NCBI GenBank assembly: GCA_038817885.1
Contig: JAWAZE010000001.1
Coordinates: 8,941-72,940 of the forward strand
From: Candidatus Bathyarchaeia archaeon
GTDB taxonomy: Archaea; Thermoproteota; Bathyarchaeia; Bathyarchaeales; DTEX01
Length of the DNA stretch: 64,000 bases
Direction: 5' to 3'
Of the stretch, positions 18,472 to 27,125 are shown one piece after another; the stretch's first letter is position 1, and the number at the start of each line of letters is the position of its first letter. Below the pieces are notes generated by a model, which did not search any database, was not told the origin of the DNA, and saw only the letters and a list, made by a program, of their open reading frames with translations. The translations under genes were made by a program, and so were the position numbers.

Positions 18472-19080
18472 ATGGCGTTGGCTCAATACTTGATGATTCC
18501 AGGAGCAACGACTGTTGGAATAGTGTGCTCTGACGGTGTTATTTTGGCATCGGAGAAGAGGGTTTCGTATGGAAATTTTGTTCTTAGCCGGGCTGCTAAG
18601 AAGGTCTTTAAAATCTCTGACCATATAGGCGCGGCGTGTGCTGGTCTGGTCTCTGACATGCAAATATTGGTGCGCGAGGTTGGGGTTTACGCAAATTTCT
18701 TCAAGCTTGAGACTGGGCGTCCGATAAGCGTTAAGGCTGCGGCTAAAGTTATGTCTAATATGCTCTTCAGCAGCAGGTTAATTCCCTATATAACTGAGAC
18801 TATAATCGGCGGCGTTGATGATGAAGGGCCGTCACTATATGTTCTTGATCTCTTAGGTTCAACGATACCGGATAAATATGCCGCTGTCGGCTCTGGGGCT
18901 GAGATAGCAATAGGAGTCTTAGAAGGCGAATATGGGGAGGGAATGACTGTTGAGGAAGGGAGGAATTTAGCCATAAAAGCCATAAAGTCCGCGATAAGCC
19001 GTGACGCCATGAGCGGCGATGGAATAGATCTCCTAATAATAACGAAAAATGGAATTAAAGAAGAAACTATCATGTTTTAG
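18472..19080 (+). CDS. psmB: Proteasome subunit beta
   Basis: Propeptide followed by 'TTVGIVCSDGVILASEKR'. 202 aa. 'GSGAEIA' near the C-terminal third. Confidence 0.9.
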   Translation: MALAQYLMIPGATTVGIVCSDGVILASEKRVSYGNFVLSRAAKKVFKISDHIGAACAGLVSDMQILVREVGVYANFFKLETGRPISVKAAAKVMSNMLFSSRLIPYITETIIGGVDDEGPSLYVLDLLGSTIPDKYAAVGSGAEIAIGVLEGEYGEGMTVEEGRNLAIKAIKSAISRDAMSGDGIDLLIITKNGIKEETIMF

Positions 19081-19131
19081 GTTACTATAAAATCTTCTAG
19101 TCTTTTATGAAAAGGTGTTATTGGTGAAAAG

Positions 19132-19767
19132 ATGAAGTTTGATTTGAGCGATGAGGAAGGAGCATTTCTTGTTAAACTTGCGAGGAGAGCTGTTCTAGAA
19201 AATCTTAAGGATGGAAGAATAATTAGCCCACCTAAGGATGTTTCACAGAATCTGCTTGAGAAAAGAGGGGTTTTTGTTACAATAAATAGTGTGATCAATG
19301 GCAAAAGAGTTCTTAGAGGATGCATAGGTTTTCCATACCCAATTTACTCCCTAGTCAGGGCGGTTATAGAAGCGGCCATAGAGTCGGCAACAAGAGACCC
19401 GCGTTTCCCACCAATGAGGATTCATGAGCTCGATAACGTTGTCTTCGAGGTGAGTGTTCTAACAGAGCCCGAGTTAATCGAGGTTAATTCTCCGCTTGAG
19501 TATCCGTCAAAGATAAAGGTTGGTGAGGATGGGTTAATAGTTGAGAGGGGTTTCTACAGGGGTCTATTGTTGCCGCAAGTCCCCGTTGAATGGGAATGGG
19601 ATGAGGAAGAGTTTTTATGTCAATGCTGCTTAAAGGCTGGCCTACCACCAGACTACTGGCTTCTAAAGGGAACAAAAATCTATAAATTTCAGGCAATAAT
19701 TTTTGAGGAAACTAGCCCTAATGGTCCAGTAGCTAGGAAGGCTCTCCTTCGAGAGAGTGAAAAATAG
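19132..19767 (+). CDS. AMMECR1-domain protein
   Basis: 'GVFVTINSV...LRGCIGFPYP' (LRGCIG signature) and 'RGLLLPQV'. Confidence 0.85.
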   Translation: MKFDLSDEEGAFLVKLARRAVLENLKDGRIISPPKDVSQNLLEKRGVFVTINSVINGKRVLRGCIGFPYPIYSLVRAVIEAAIESATRDPRFPPMRIHELDNVVFEVSVLTEPELIEVNSPLEYPSKIKVGEDGLIVERGFYRGLLLPQVPVEWEWDEEEFLCQCCLKAGLPPDYWLLKGTKIYKFQAIIFEETSPNGPVARKALLRESEK

Positions 19768-19790
19768 AATTTATGCTATGAGCTTAGGCG

Positions 19791-20861
19791 CTAAGCCCTT
19801 ATTCCCGTCAACTTTATGGACTTTTCCTCACATACCAAGAGGGTATCCTCTACACGCGCCCCGCCGAATCCTGGAATATAAATGCCTGGTTCAACGGTCA
19901 CGACATTACCCGCGAGTAGCAAATCTTCACTTGATGGCCCTAATGTTGGGGGTTCATGCACATTTAATCCTATACCATGACCTAGATTATGAACGAAGTA
20001 TTCGCCGTAACCATTTTCTGCAATGAATTTTCTGGCGGCATCATCAACATCCTTTGCCTTAACACCAGCCCTTATGTGGTTTATTGCTATCTTTTGCGCG
20101 TTTATAACGGTTTCATGTATATGCTTTTGTATCCGCGTCCCCTCCCCAACAATAACAGTTCTAGTCATATCCGCACAATATCCATGATGCTTAGCTCCAA
20201 TATCAATCACGACGAGATCCCCATCCCTAATTTCACGCTCACCTAAACCCCCATGCGGATAAGCTGTTTCTGGTCCACTGCAAACTATTGTATCGAATGC
20301 TACACCACTTGAACCTAGTCTACGCATTTCATATTCCGCCTCGGCGGCAACCTCCCACTCCCTCATGCCGGGCCTAATGACTTCAAGAGCCCTCTCCATT
20401 CCACGGCTCGTTAACTCCGCTGCCCTTCTAATAAATGCCAATTCGTTCTCATCCTTCACTTTCCTCAAAGACCAGATGACATCCTCTAATGATTCAACTT
20501 TAACTTCCTTTAGAGAGTTTTTCATCTTTTGGTACTCGGTGGCATCCATTCTGTCGAACCCTATGGACTTAAAGCCCCTCTTCAAAATCTCGTTAAAAAC
20601 TTTTTCCTCAACTTTTTCGCCAGATCTCACCAGCTCAACTGTTACATTTTCGGCGAGTCTTTTAGCATTTTCATAGTTTACTGAGTATACGAAGAGTACG
20701 CTCTCTCCCTCAACTGTAACTAAGAGTCTTGCACCCCATGAAAAATTAGTCAAATAATATATGTTCTTTTCGTCATTCACTAAGATTGCGTTAAAGCCCA
20801 TTTCAGCAATCTTTTCCCTCAGACTTTTAATGCGTTTCCCGTATGTCAAGTTGGACACCAA
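19791..20861 (-). CDS. M24-family Xaa-Pro dipeptidase/aminopeptidase
   Basis: 'DGDLVVIDIGAKHHGYCADMTRT', 'HNLGHGIGLNVHE', 'VTVEPGIY' and 'ARVEDTLLV' are the pita-bread metal-ligand motifs. Confidence 0.9.
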   Translation of the reverse strand: MVSNLTYGKRIKSLREKIAEMGFNAILVNDEKNIYYLTNFSWGARLLVTVEGESVLFVYSVNYENAKRLAENVTVELVRSGEKVEEKVFNEILKRGFKSIGFDRMDATEYQKMKNSLKEVKVESLEDVIWSLRKVKDENELAFIRRAAELTSRGMERALEVIRPGMREWEVAAEAEYEMRRLGSSGVAFDTIVCSGPETAYPHGGLGEREIRDGDLVVIDIGAKHHGYCADMTRTVIVGEGTRIQKHIHETVINAQKIAINHIRAGVKAKDVDDAARKFIAENGYGEYFVHNLGHGIGLNVHEPPTLGPSSEDLLLAGNVVTVEPGIYIPGFGGARVEDTLLVCEEKSIKLTGIRA

Positions 20862-20895
20862 AACTAAATATTAGCGGGCGCGCTAATGAGGTTTA

Positions 20896-22671
20896 TTAGA
20901 GGGATATTTTGTGCAGAATTTCCTCTGGCTTAAATTCCTCTTGGGATCTTATCGAAGCCTCTTCAACATATATCTGAATAGCATATCTCATGGAATCCCT
21001 ACTTATTGGTATAAAATCTTCTTTAGCGTTAAAGTACTCCATGAGTGATGCGGAGCATGCGAATCTTAAAGCTTTATCTTCGAGTCTTGCTGAGAACATA
21101 AGAGTATCATCTTTTATCTCGCTGAGTATGATCTCCCTGGCCTCGGTGATCAACTGATATGCATCCTCAGTTATCATTACTGACTTACATGGAAATTCAT
21201 TTTTAACGAGCGGGTGTTGCGTTTCAATTGCATAAATTAGGGTTAAGTGATCCCTTATCGCCTGCGCCATTCTCCCAATATTTAGTTTTCCAAGAAGGAC
21301 TTTCATCTGTCGTTCCGCTATCTCCATGAAGCGCTCCTTAGTTAAGCGGTGGAGTCTGCATAACATCCGATCCTCAATGGCCCTGAAATTTGGATCCTGG
21401 ATCGTTACATTATACCCCCTCTTACGAACCTCGACATTGTAATTTACGGTAAAGAAAGAGGTAAACTTGTATGGACCTATAACCTCCCGCTGGGTCTCAT
21501 ACTTTATTTCGCCCTGCTCCATGGCGATCTTAAGCGGCTCAACCATACCCTTATATCTGAAGAAATCATTAAACTCTGGAATTATGAAGTTGAACGTTCT
21601 CCCAGCGTAAGCTTGCCCAATCCTAATAAACCTAGCAGGCGTCATTCCCCCACAATAACGGTTTCTTCCAGGTATTCCATGTGCTGGCAATCCCATGCTC
21701 GGTTTCCCAAATACCATGTCTCTTGTCGCAAAACTTTTCCCTGTTCCAGGGTCACCGAATAGCGCCAGAGACCATCCTGTTCTCTTAACCATTTTTCCAC
21801 ATGGGTTAATTACTTCAGCGTTTGCCAATCCATACTGTTGAGTTAAGCTAAGTAAGCTATCAAAGTATAAGATTGGCCCAAAAATATCTTGAAGGTAGCT
21901 TGACAGCTTCAATATGTTGAAGGTTTTACCAAAATTTATCGCCTCTTCGAGTCTATTCTGAATTAGGTCAGTTAAATATGAGTTTAACTCCGAATCCATT
22001 TTCTCAAGGAGATTTCTTTCCTCATCTAATGAAACGGTTCCCCTCCTCTCCTCGGTTAGAGCTGCAGTTTGGATTTTAGGTTCTATTTGGAGCATCTTTT
22101 TTCCTTCACTTATCTCATTTTCAACTATTGGAAGCATCTCTCTTGGTATACTCCATTCTCTATATTTTTCGCCAATGTAAGACGTGGATATTATGCCTAA
22201 ATCTTCCAGATCGCTCAGCATTTCATAGGCCTGAGGTAGTTTAACGATCTCTTTAATAGTGTATGAGTCTATGATGCCGCCGCCCTTAACAATGGTCTTT
22301 AAGAAATTCATTCCAACTGAACCATACATTAATTTAAATCTGCGCAATCCATCACTAACAATCTTCCATGAACCATCGAGGAAGAGCTTTCCATTAATGA
22401 GCATGTAATATTTTCCCTTAAAGGTCGCCCAGTTTCTAGGCTCATATTTTTGGAATATCTGCTTTAGAACATCATCCGTTACTCTTGAAGATATCTCTGT
22501 GGAGACTTCATCTTCATCTATATCCCAGCAACAACTAAACCTTTCAAAATAAGGTATCTTTAACCATCTACCAATATCAAAGAGATGTCTTATTGTGTAA
22601 GCCTTCTTTAAGAGCTCCCTTCTTTCGGAGATTTTCTCCTGATGCTCTGAAATCAACAGCTTCCGCCCCAC
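20896..22671 (-). CDS. Orphan AAA+ ATPase, MCM/Lon(BrxL)-like core with an uncharacterised ~300-aa N-terminal region
   Basis: Walker A 'LFGDPGTGKSF'. Walker-B-position 'FNFIIPEFNDF' (compare MCM 'IDEFDK'; Asp replaced by Pro). 'LKIAMEQGEIKYE' (compare MCM 'EAMEQQTIS'). 'AIEDRMLCRL' (compare 'LLSRFDL'). No MCM OB/zinc N-domain is recognisable. Confidence 0.5.
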   Translation of the reverse strand: MGRKLLISEHQEKISERRELLKKAYTIRHLFDIGRWLKIPYFERFSCCWDIDEDEVSTEISSRVTDDVLKQIFQKYEPRNWATFKGKYYMLINGKLFLDGSWKIVSDGLRRFKLMYGSVGMNFLKTIVKGGGIIDSYTIKEIVKLPQAYEMLSDLEDLGIISTSYIGEKYREWSIPREMLPIVENEISEGKKMLQIEPKIQTAALTEERRGTVSLDEERNLLEKMDSELNSYLTDLIQNRLEEAINFGKTFNILKLSSYLQDIFGPILYFDSLLSLTQQYGLANAEVINPCGKMVKRTGWSLALFGDPGTGKSFATRDMVFGKPSMGLPAHGIPGRNRYCGGMTPARFIRIGQAYAGRTFNFIIPEFNDFFRYKGMVEPLKIAMEQGEIKYETQREVIGPYKFTSFFTVNYNVEVRKRGYNVTIQDPNFRAIEDRMLCRLHRLTKERFMEIAERQMKVLLGKLNIGRMAQAIRDHLTLIYAIETQHPLVKNEFPCKSVMITEDAYQLITEAREIILSEIKDDTLMFSARLEDKALRFACSASLMEYFNAKEDFIPISRDSMRYAIQIYVEEASIRSQEEFKPEEILHKISL

Positions 22672-22913
22672 ATTTCTTGAGAAAAATTACGGTAATAGTT
22701 ACTTAAATTCCTACAGATAAATTCACAATTTTAAAAGGCTGCAAAAATCCATCATATAAAAGAGGAGTCCACGTCAACAGAAGCAATTTTGTCATAAAAA
22801 TGTTAATATACCAAAAATGCAATTCTTTTTAAACAATTAAAAATAAAATAGAGATTCTTTCCTAACAGCCTCTCGATAGTATTCAAGATAATAAAGGCTT
22901 AATACTGATTCCT

Positions 22914-24053
22914 TTATCTAAAACAGGACCAGTAGGCGCTCAATATATCTTTTAGTTGATCAATTATTTTTTTAACCTTATTTATATTCTGCCATGGGTC
23001 CATTGGCGCTGGATAATGATTCTCTATGTTTTCTTCACTGCCATTTAATTCTGCTATTCCAGCTATTAATGCATACCAGCAGTAAGGTAAAACATGAATA
23101 TTATACCCACTTACAATGAGAAGGACAACCCTTCCATGGCATACCTCATCTGACACTTGGCTTATTAGACGCGCTATTTTAAAAAAGCCTTTGGCTGTCA
23201 GTCCGAGACTTCCTAGGTGATCAGCGAAGTGGGCGTCGCTTCCACCATTAGCTATAACGATTTCTGGTCTAAACTCCTTTGCGAGCGGCGGAAAAATCTC
23301 TTTTAGGGCATAAAGATAGGCTTCCTCACCAGTTCTCATGGGAAGTGGGATATTTATATTATAGCCTGATCCCTCACTATCCCCTACCTCGTTAATGTAG
23401 CCACGCCCTGGGTAAATGGTCATGGGATCTTGGTGTATTGAAATAAAGAGTACTGTTGGGTCTGAATAATATATGTCGCTTGTCCCATTCCCTGCATGGG
23501 CGTCGTAATCGAGAACTAGGAATCTCTTCACATTGAACTTCTCCCTTAAATATTCTATTAAAATCGCTATATCATTAAAGAGGCAGAATCCACCGCCATA
23601 ATCCCTGCCAGCGTGGTGAAAGCCCCCTCCAAGGGCTACCGCCCTCTCAAACTTCCCCCTAAAAACAGATTCCCCGGCCCTAATAACCCCACCAATAATG
23701 TACATTAGGGCCTCGAGAATCCCTTTTGAAGTTGGTGTATCTATGTCATATGGCTCATTCATCTCAGCCAAACGAAATATAGTGTCAACATAGTCTTTTG
23801 TATGCACTTTGAGGAGAATTTCCCTTCTAACGGGCTCCGGCCTTATTAATGATATGTTTGGCATATTGAAAAGTCCCTTCTTTTCAAAGTACTTTATAGC
23901 CTTTATGAACCTATCTCCCCTAAACGGATGATTAACGCCCAAATCATATTGAGTATATTTCTCATGATATACTATGCATATCTTTCTATGGGGCAAAGAA
24001 TTCTCTCCCACACATCTGATCAAGTTGATTAAGTAATCTATAGCATCCCTCAT
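22914..24053 (-). CDS. Histone-deacetylase-family amidohydrolase (AcuC/HDAC-like)
   Basis: 'GGGFHHAGRDYGGGFCLFNDIAI', 'LVLDYDAHAGNGT' and 'GGSDAH'. Confidence 0.85.
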   Translation of the reverse strand: MRDAIDYLINLIRCVGENSLPHRKICIVYHEKYTQYDLGVNHPFRGDRFIKAIKYFEKKGLFNMPNISLIRPEPVRREILLKVHTKDYVDTIFRLAEMNEPYDIDTPTSKGILEALMYIIGGVIRAGESVFRGKFERAVALGGGFHHAGRDYGGGFCLFNDIAILIEYLREKFNVKRFLVLDYDAHAGNGTSDIYYSDPTVLFISIHQDPMTIYPGRGYINEVGDSEGSGYNINIPLPMRTGEEAYLYALKEIFPPLAKEFRPEIVIANGGSDAHFADHLGSLGLTAKGFFKIARLISQVSDEVCHGRVVLLIVSGYNIHVLPYCWYALIAGIAELNGSEENIENHYPAPMDPWQNINKVKKIIDQLKDILSAYWSCFR

Positions 24054-24076
24054 ATTAAGCTATTTGCGTCATAAAC

Positions 24077-24811
24077 CTAGTATTTATTCCAAAGTACATA
24101 TGCTGGGGCAATAAGTTTCTTAACGATCTCGTTTTTCGGCTTCCTTAAGATCTCTTCAGGCTTACTACACTGTATTATCCTGCCAGAATACATAACTGCG
24201 ATCCGGTCGCCAAGTCTAACTGCATCATCCGGATTATGTGTTACACAAAGTGTTGTTACACCAGTCTTTCTTTGTAGATCTTTCATATTTACAATAACTT
24301 CAGTTTTCGTCATTTCATCAATATTGCTGAGCGGTTCATCGAGAAGGAGAAGGGACGGTTTTGTTGCTAGAGCTCTAGCTAGAGCTACACGCTGTTTCTG
24401 CCCACCACTCAGCTCCCTTGGCTTCCGCTCCTCAAATCCTTGTAGGTCAACCATCTTTAATAGGCTTTTCACTCTTTCATCAATCTCTTTCTTCAGATAA
24501 CCTCGGACCCTTAAGCCAAAAGCTATGTTCTCATAGACGTTTAAGTGGGGAAATAACCCGAAGTCTTGTGGTACATAACCTATATTCCTCTCCTCAATAG
24601 GTACGTTGGTGATATCCTCATCACCTAACCATATCGACCCTTCATCTGGCCTTAAAGCTCCTAAGATAACTAATAGTAGCGTTGTCTTACCGCATCCACT
24701 TGGACCCATGACAACCATTAGCTCGCCTGGCTCCACGAAGAGGTCAACTTTGTCTAAAGCCTTCACGTTATCAAAGTACTTTGTGACCTTTCGAACAAAG
24801 AGGCTCTTCAT
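24077..24811 (-). CDS. ABC transporter ATP-binding protein (molybdate/tungstate/sulfate-type importer ATPase; no C-terminal TOBE domain)
   Basis: Walker A 'GPSGCGKTT', signature 'LSGGQKQRVALARAL', Walker B 'LLLLDEP'. 244 aa. Overlaps the permease gene by 4 nt. Confidence 0.9.
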   Translation of the reverse strand: MKSLFVRKVTKYFDNVKALDKVDLFVEPGELMVVMGPSGCGKTTLLLVILGALRPDEGSIWLGDEDITNVPIEERNIGYVPQDFGLFPHLNVYENIAFGLRVRGYLKKEIDERVKSLLKMVDLQGFEERKPRELSGGQKQRVALARALATKPSLLLLDEPLSNIDEMTKTEVIVNMKDLQRKTGVTTLCVTHNPDDAVRLGDRIAVMYSGRIIQCSKPEEILRKPKNEIVKKLIAPAYVLWNKY

Positions 24812-25563
24812 TCACCTCTCCTCGCGACAAATTTGAATAAAAGTAGGGCTACTATTGATAAGCTCTCCGTTATTACGGAGGCAGCTATTGCTACCTCAGG
24901 ACTTTCCCGAGAGGCCAAATAAATTAGTACCGGGAGAGTCTCCGTCGCCCATGGGATCGCGCCTGCAAAAATTAGTGATGCGGCCAGCTCACCCATAGCT
25001 CTAGCCCACGTTAGCGAGAAGCCTGCTGCTAGGTCTCTAAAGGTCATTGGGAAAAGGATTTTGCTTAAAATATGACTGGTCTTCGCGCCTAAAGATCTAG
25101 CTATCACGTCTATTCCGCTCTCCTTTATTTCACGAAAGCGTCTGGCGGCGAAGCTTATTGTAAAGGGTGCCGAGACATAGAACTTCGCTATTATTACGGC
25201 TACGAACGTGTAAGCTAAGCCGAAACGACCAAACATAAGTAAGTAGACAAGTCCCTCTGTAACTGGGGGAAATGTTTGTGGGAGGTCTACTAGGAATATT
25301 TCGAGAATATATTTTCCGCGGAAATTGGAGTAGGTTAATACATAGGCAACGGGGATCGCCGTCACTATGGCTAGGACGCCAACGATGAACGCTGAGGAAA
25401 CGCTAATCATGATGGCTCCATGAACTCTACTATTGAGTAATGCGCTTAAAATAAGATCCCATTTCTCGCCGACGGCAACATAGAGGTAAAGAATCGATAT
25501 AAACATGTAAATTATTACGGCTGAAGCCATTATCTTTATTGCAACATCAAGCTTATCACCCAT
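24808..25563 (-). CDS. ABC transporter permease (CysTW/ModB-type)
   Basis: Multi-TM protein with an EAA-loop-like 'VIARSLGAKTSHILSKILFPMTF'. Translationally coupled to the ATPase. Confidence 0.75.
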   Translation of the reverse strand: MGDKLDVAIKIMASAVIIYMFISILYLYVAVGEKWDLILSALLNSRVHGAIMISVSSAFIVGVLAIVTAIPVAYVLTYSNFRGKYILEIFLVDLPQTFPPVTEGLVYLLMFGRFGLAYTFVAVIIAKFYVSAPFTISFAARRFREIKESGIDVIARSLGAKTSHILSKILFPMTFRDLAAGFSLTWARAMGELAASLIFAGAIPWATETLPVLIYLASRESPEVAIAASVITESLSIVALLLFKFVARRGE

Positions 25564-25597
25564 CTTTCCACCATGAACAACTATGTGGAGACGCAGA

Positions 25598-25939
25598 TCA
25601 TTTTTGGGTTAAGAGTAATATTGCCTGGGCAAGATCACCGCCAGTCTGCTCAAGCGCAGCTCTTGCTTCATCTAGGCTCACATTTGCTTGTTGAGCAACC
25701 AAAACAACATCTTCCTCCGGAATTTGAACTTTTTTCATGAAGCTCTTCTCAGTTATCTTTCCACCAGTTATCTGGAAAACTTTCTGCCCTTGAACCTCAA
25801 GAACGGCAACTTCTGGGTCCTCTATTATTATTTCTCTATCCTTCGCCTTAATTATGACCTCGTTTGCTTCAATTGCCGTCATACTTAAGCCCATACGCTG
25901 CAGAAGTCTCCTTGTCTCTCGCGGGCTTAGCTTGTGCAT
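25598..25939 (-). CDS. nac: Nascent polypeptide-associated complex protein (archaeal NAC, NAC plus UBA domains)
   Basis: 113 aa. NAC domain 'EVIIKAKDREIIIEDPEVAVLEVQGQKVFQITG'. UBA-like C-terminus 'DVVLVAQQANVSLDEARAALEQTGGDLAQAILLL'. Confidence 0.85.
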   Translation of the reverse strand: MHKLSPRETRRLLQRMGLSMTAIEANEVIIKAKDREIIIEDPEVAVLEVQGQKVFQITGGKITEKSFMKKVQIPEEDVVLVAQQANVSLDEARAALEQTGGDLAQAILLLTQK

Positions 25940-25976
25940 AATTCAGACCTCCTATACATGAGTGTTTTTACTTAAT

Positions 25977-26489
25977 CTATTTATTTTTATATCTACCTTT
26001 ACGCACTTTAACGGCAACCCCCCTCTTGAAAGCCCTCATTTCATAGCCAGAAAGCAATGCCTTACCAACAGCTATGACATTTTCACTACGATCTATAATA
26101 ATAACCTCTTCCCCAGGACGGATCTCCATATCAGAGTCCACAACATGCTTAACGAATACATCGTTTCCTCTCTCAACGAATGGGACAACGCTATCATCTA
26201 TTTTAACCCATAGACGCTTCTGTCTCATAGACGGGAAGACTATTTTCGCCCCCTCAATAGTCAGCGTGAAAAGCCCGGTTATCGGATTTAATGATGCTAG
26301 GAGCTTCTCGCCTAGATAAACATACCTTATCCTACCAGTCTTCTTAGAGAAGACAACTTTAACATCATCTGGAAATAATTTTTCCCCAACTCCCTCGCCA
26401 AATTGATAATCAGCTATCTTCCTTATGCGCTCCAAAACATTTCTCCGGCTGACCTTAAAGTTTTCTTCCAAGGCGGCTCGCCAAATCAC
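25977..26489 (-). CDS. PUA-domain protein (ArcTGT C-terminal-like, COG1370-type)
   Basis: The C-terminus 'FVERGNDVFVKHVVDSDMEIRPGEEVIIIDRSENVIAVGKALLSGYEM' is a PUA fold pattern. I chose the GTG start at 26489. The ORF-track start at 26558 would leave no room for divergent promoters. Confidence 0.55.
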   Translation of the reverse strand: MIWRAALEENFKVSRRNVLERIRKIADYQFGEGVGEKLFPDDVKVVFSKKTGRIRYVYLGEKLLASLNPITGLFTLTIEGAKIVFPSMRQKRLWVKIDDSVVPFVERGNDVFVKHVVDSDMEIRPGEEVIIIDRSENVIAVGKALLSGYEMRAFKRGVAVKVRKGRYKNK

Positions 26490-26575
26490 CTTTCGAATAG
26501 AATAAATTAAAGTAAATAATTTTAAGGTTAAGTCGGAAAAATATTTTATTGAATTCATTTAAAAGGTGCTCTGCT

Positions 26576-27115
26576 TTGCAGTGTGATGTTTGTGGTCACG
26601 AAATTGTTGGAAAGCCGCATAAGGTGATTATTGAGGGAGCTAAAGTGATCACGTGCGCTGAGTGTGCAAAGCTTGGATCAGGTTATTGGAGCCAAAAAGA
26701 CGAGATATACCAGAAAAAAGCTACCCCCAGTTTATTAAAAAGTACGAGGTTGACTATAGGAGATAAGCATTCCCATCAAGAGATATCTTCAATAGACGAC
26801 CTTGAAATAATCGAGGGCTTCGGATCGATAATTAAGAGGGCCCGCGAGAAATTGGGTTTAACGCATGAAGATCTTGGTAAAATGATTGGAGAAAAGGAAT
26901 CCGTAATAAAGAAGGTTGAAAGTGAGAAAATTATTCCCGATATTAGGTTAGCTACTAAGCTCGAGCGCGCGCTAAGGATAAAATTATTAATTAAGCAATC
27001 CGAAATGGATTTAAATAAGCTAGTTAGTGCTCCAATAAAGGAGAAAAGGAGTATTACATTAGGTGAGGTTGTTCAAATAAAGGGCGATAAGAGGGGAGGA
27101 GTGGACGAGGACTAA
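26576..27115 (+). CDS. mbf1: Multiprotein-bridging factor 1 (archaeal MBF1: Zn-ribbon plus XRE-type HTH)
   Basis: 'QCDVCGHEI...ITCAECAKLG' zinc ribbon, then the HTH 'IIKRAREKLGLTHEDLGKMIGEKESVIKKVE'. The start is set to TTG 26576, with an AAGGTG SD 7 nt upstream. Confidence 0.8.
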   Translation: MQCDVCGHEIVGKPHKVIIEGAKVITCAECAKLGSGYWSQKDEIYQKKATPSLLKSTRLTIGDKHSHQEISSIDDLEIIEGFGSIIKRAREKLGLTHEDLGKMIGEKESVIKKVESEKIIPDIRLATKLERALRIKLLIKQSEMDLNKLVSAPIKEKRSITLGEVVQIKGDKRGGVDED

Positions 27116-27125
27116 AGCGATAATA

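Noticed and set aside
26549-26558. 10-nt head-to-head overlap of the divergent PUA and MBF1 ORFs in the ORF track
   Set aside because: This is an artefact of taking the longest ORFs. SD-supported internal starts (GTG 26489, TTG 26576) give an 86-nt AT-rich divergent promoter region instead.
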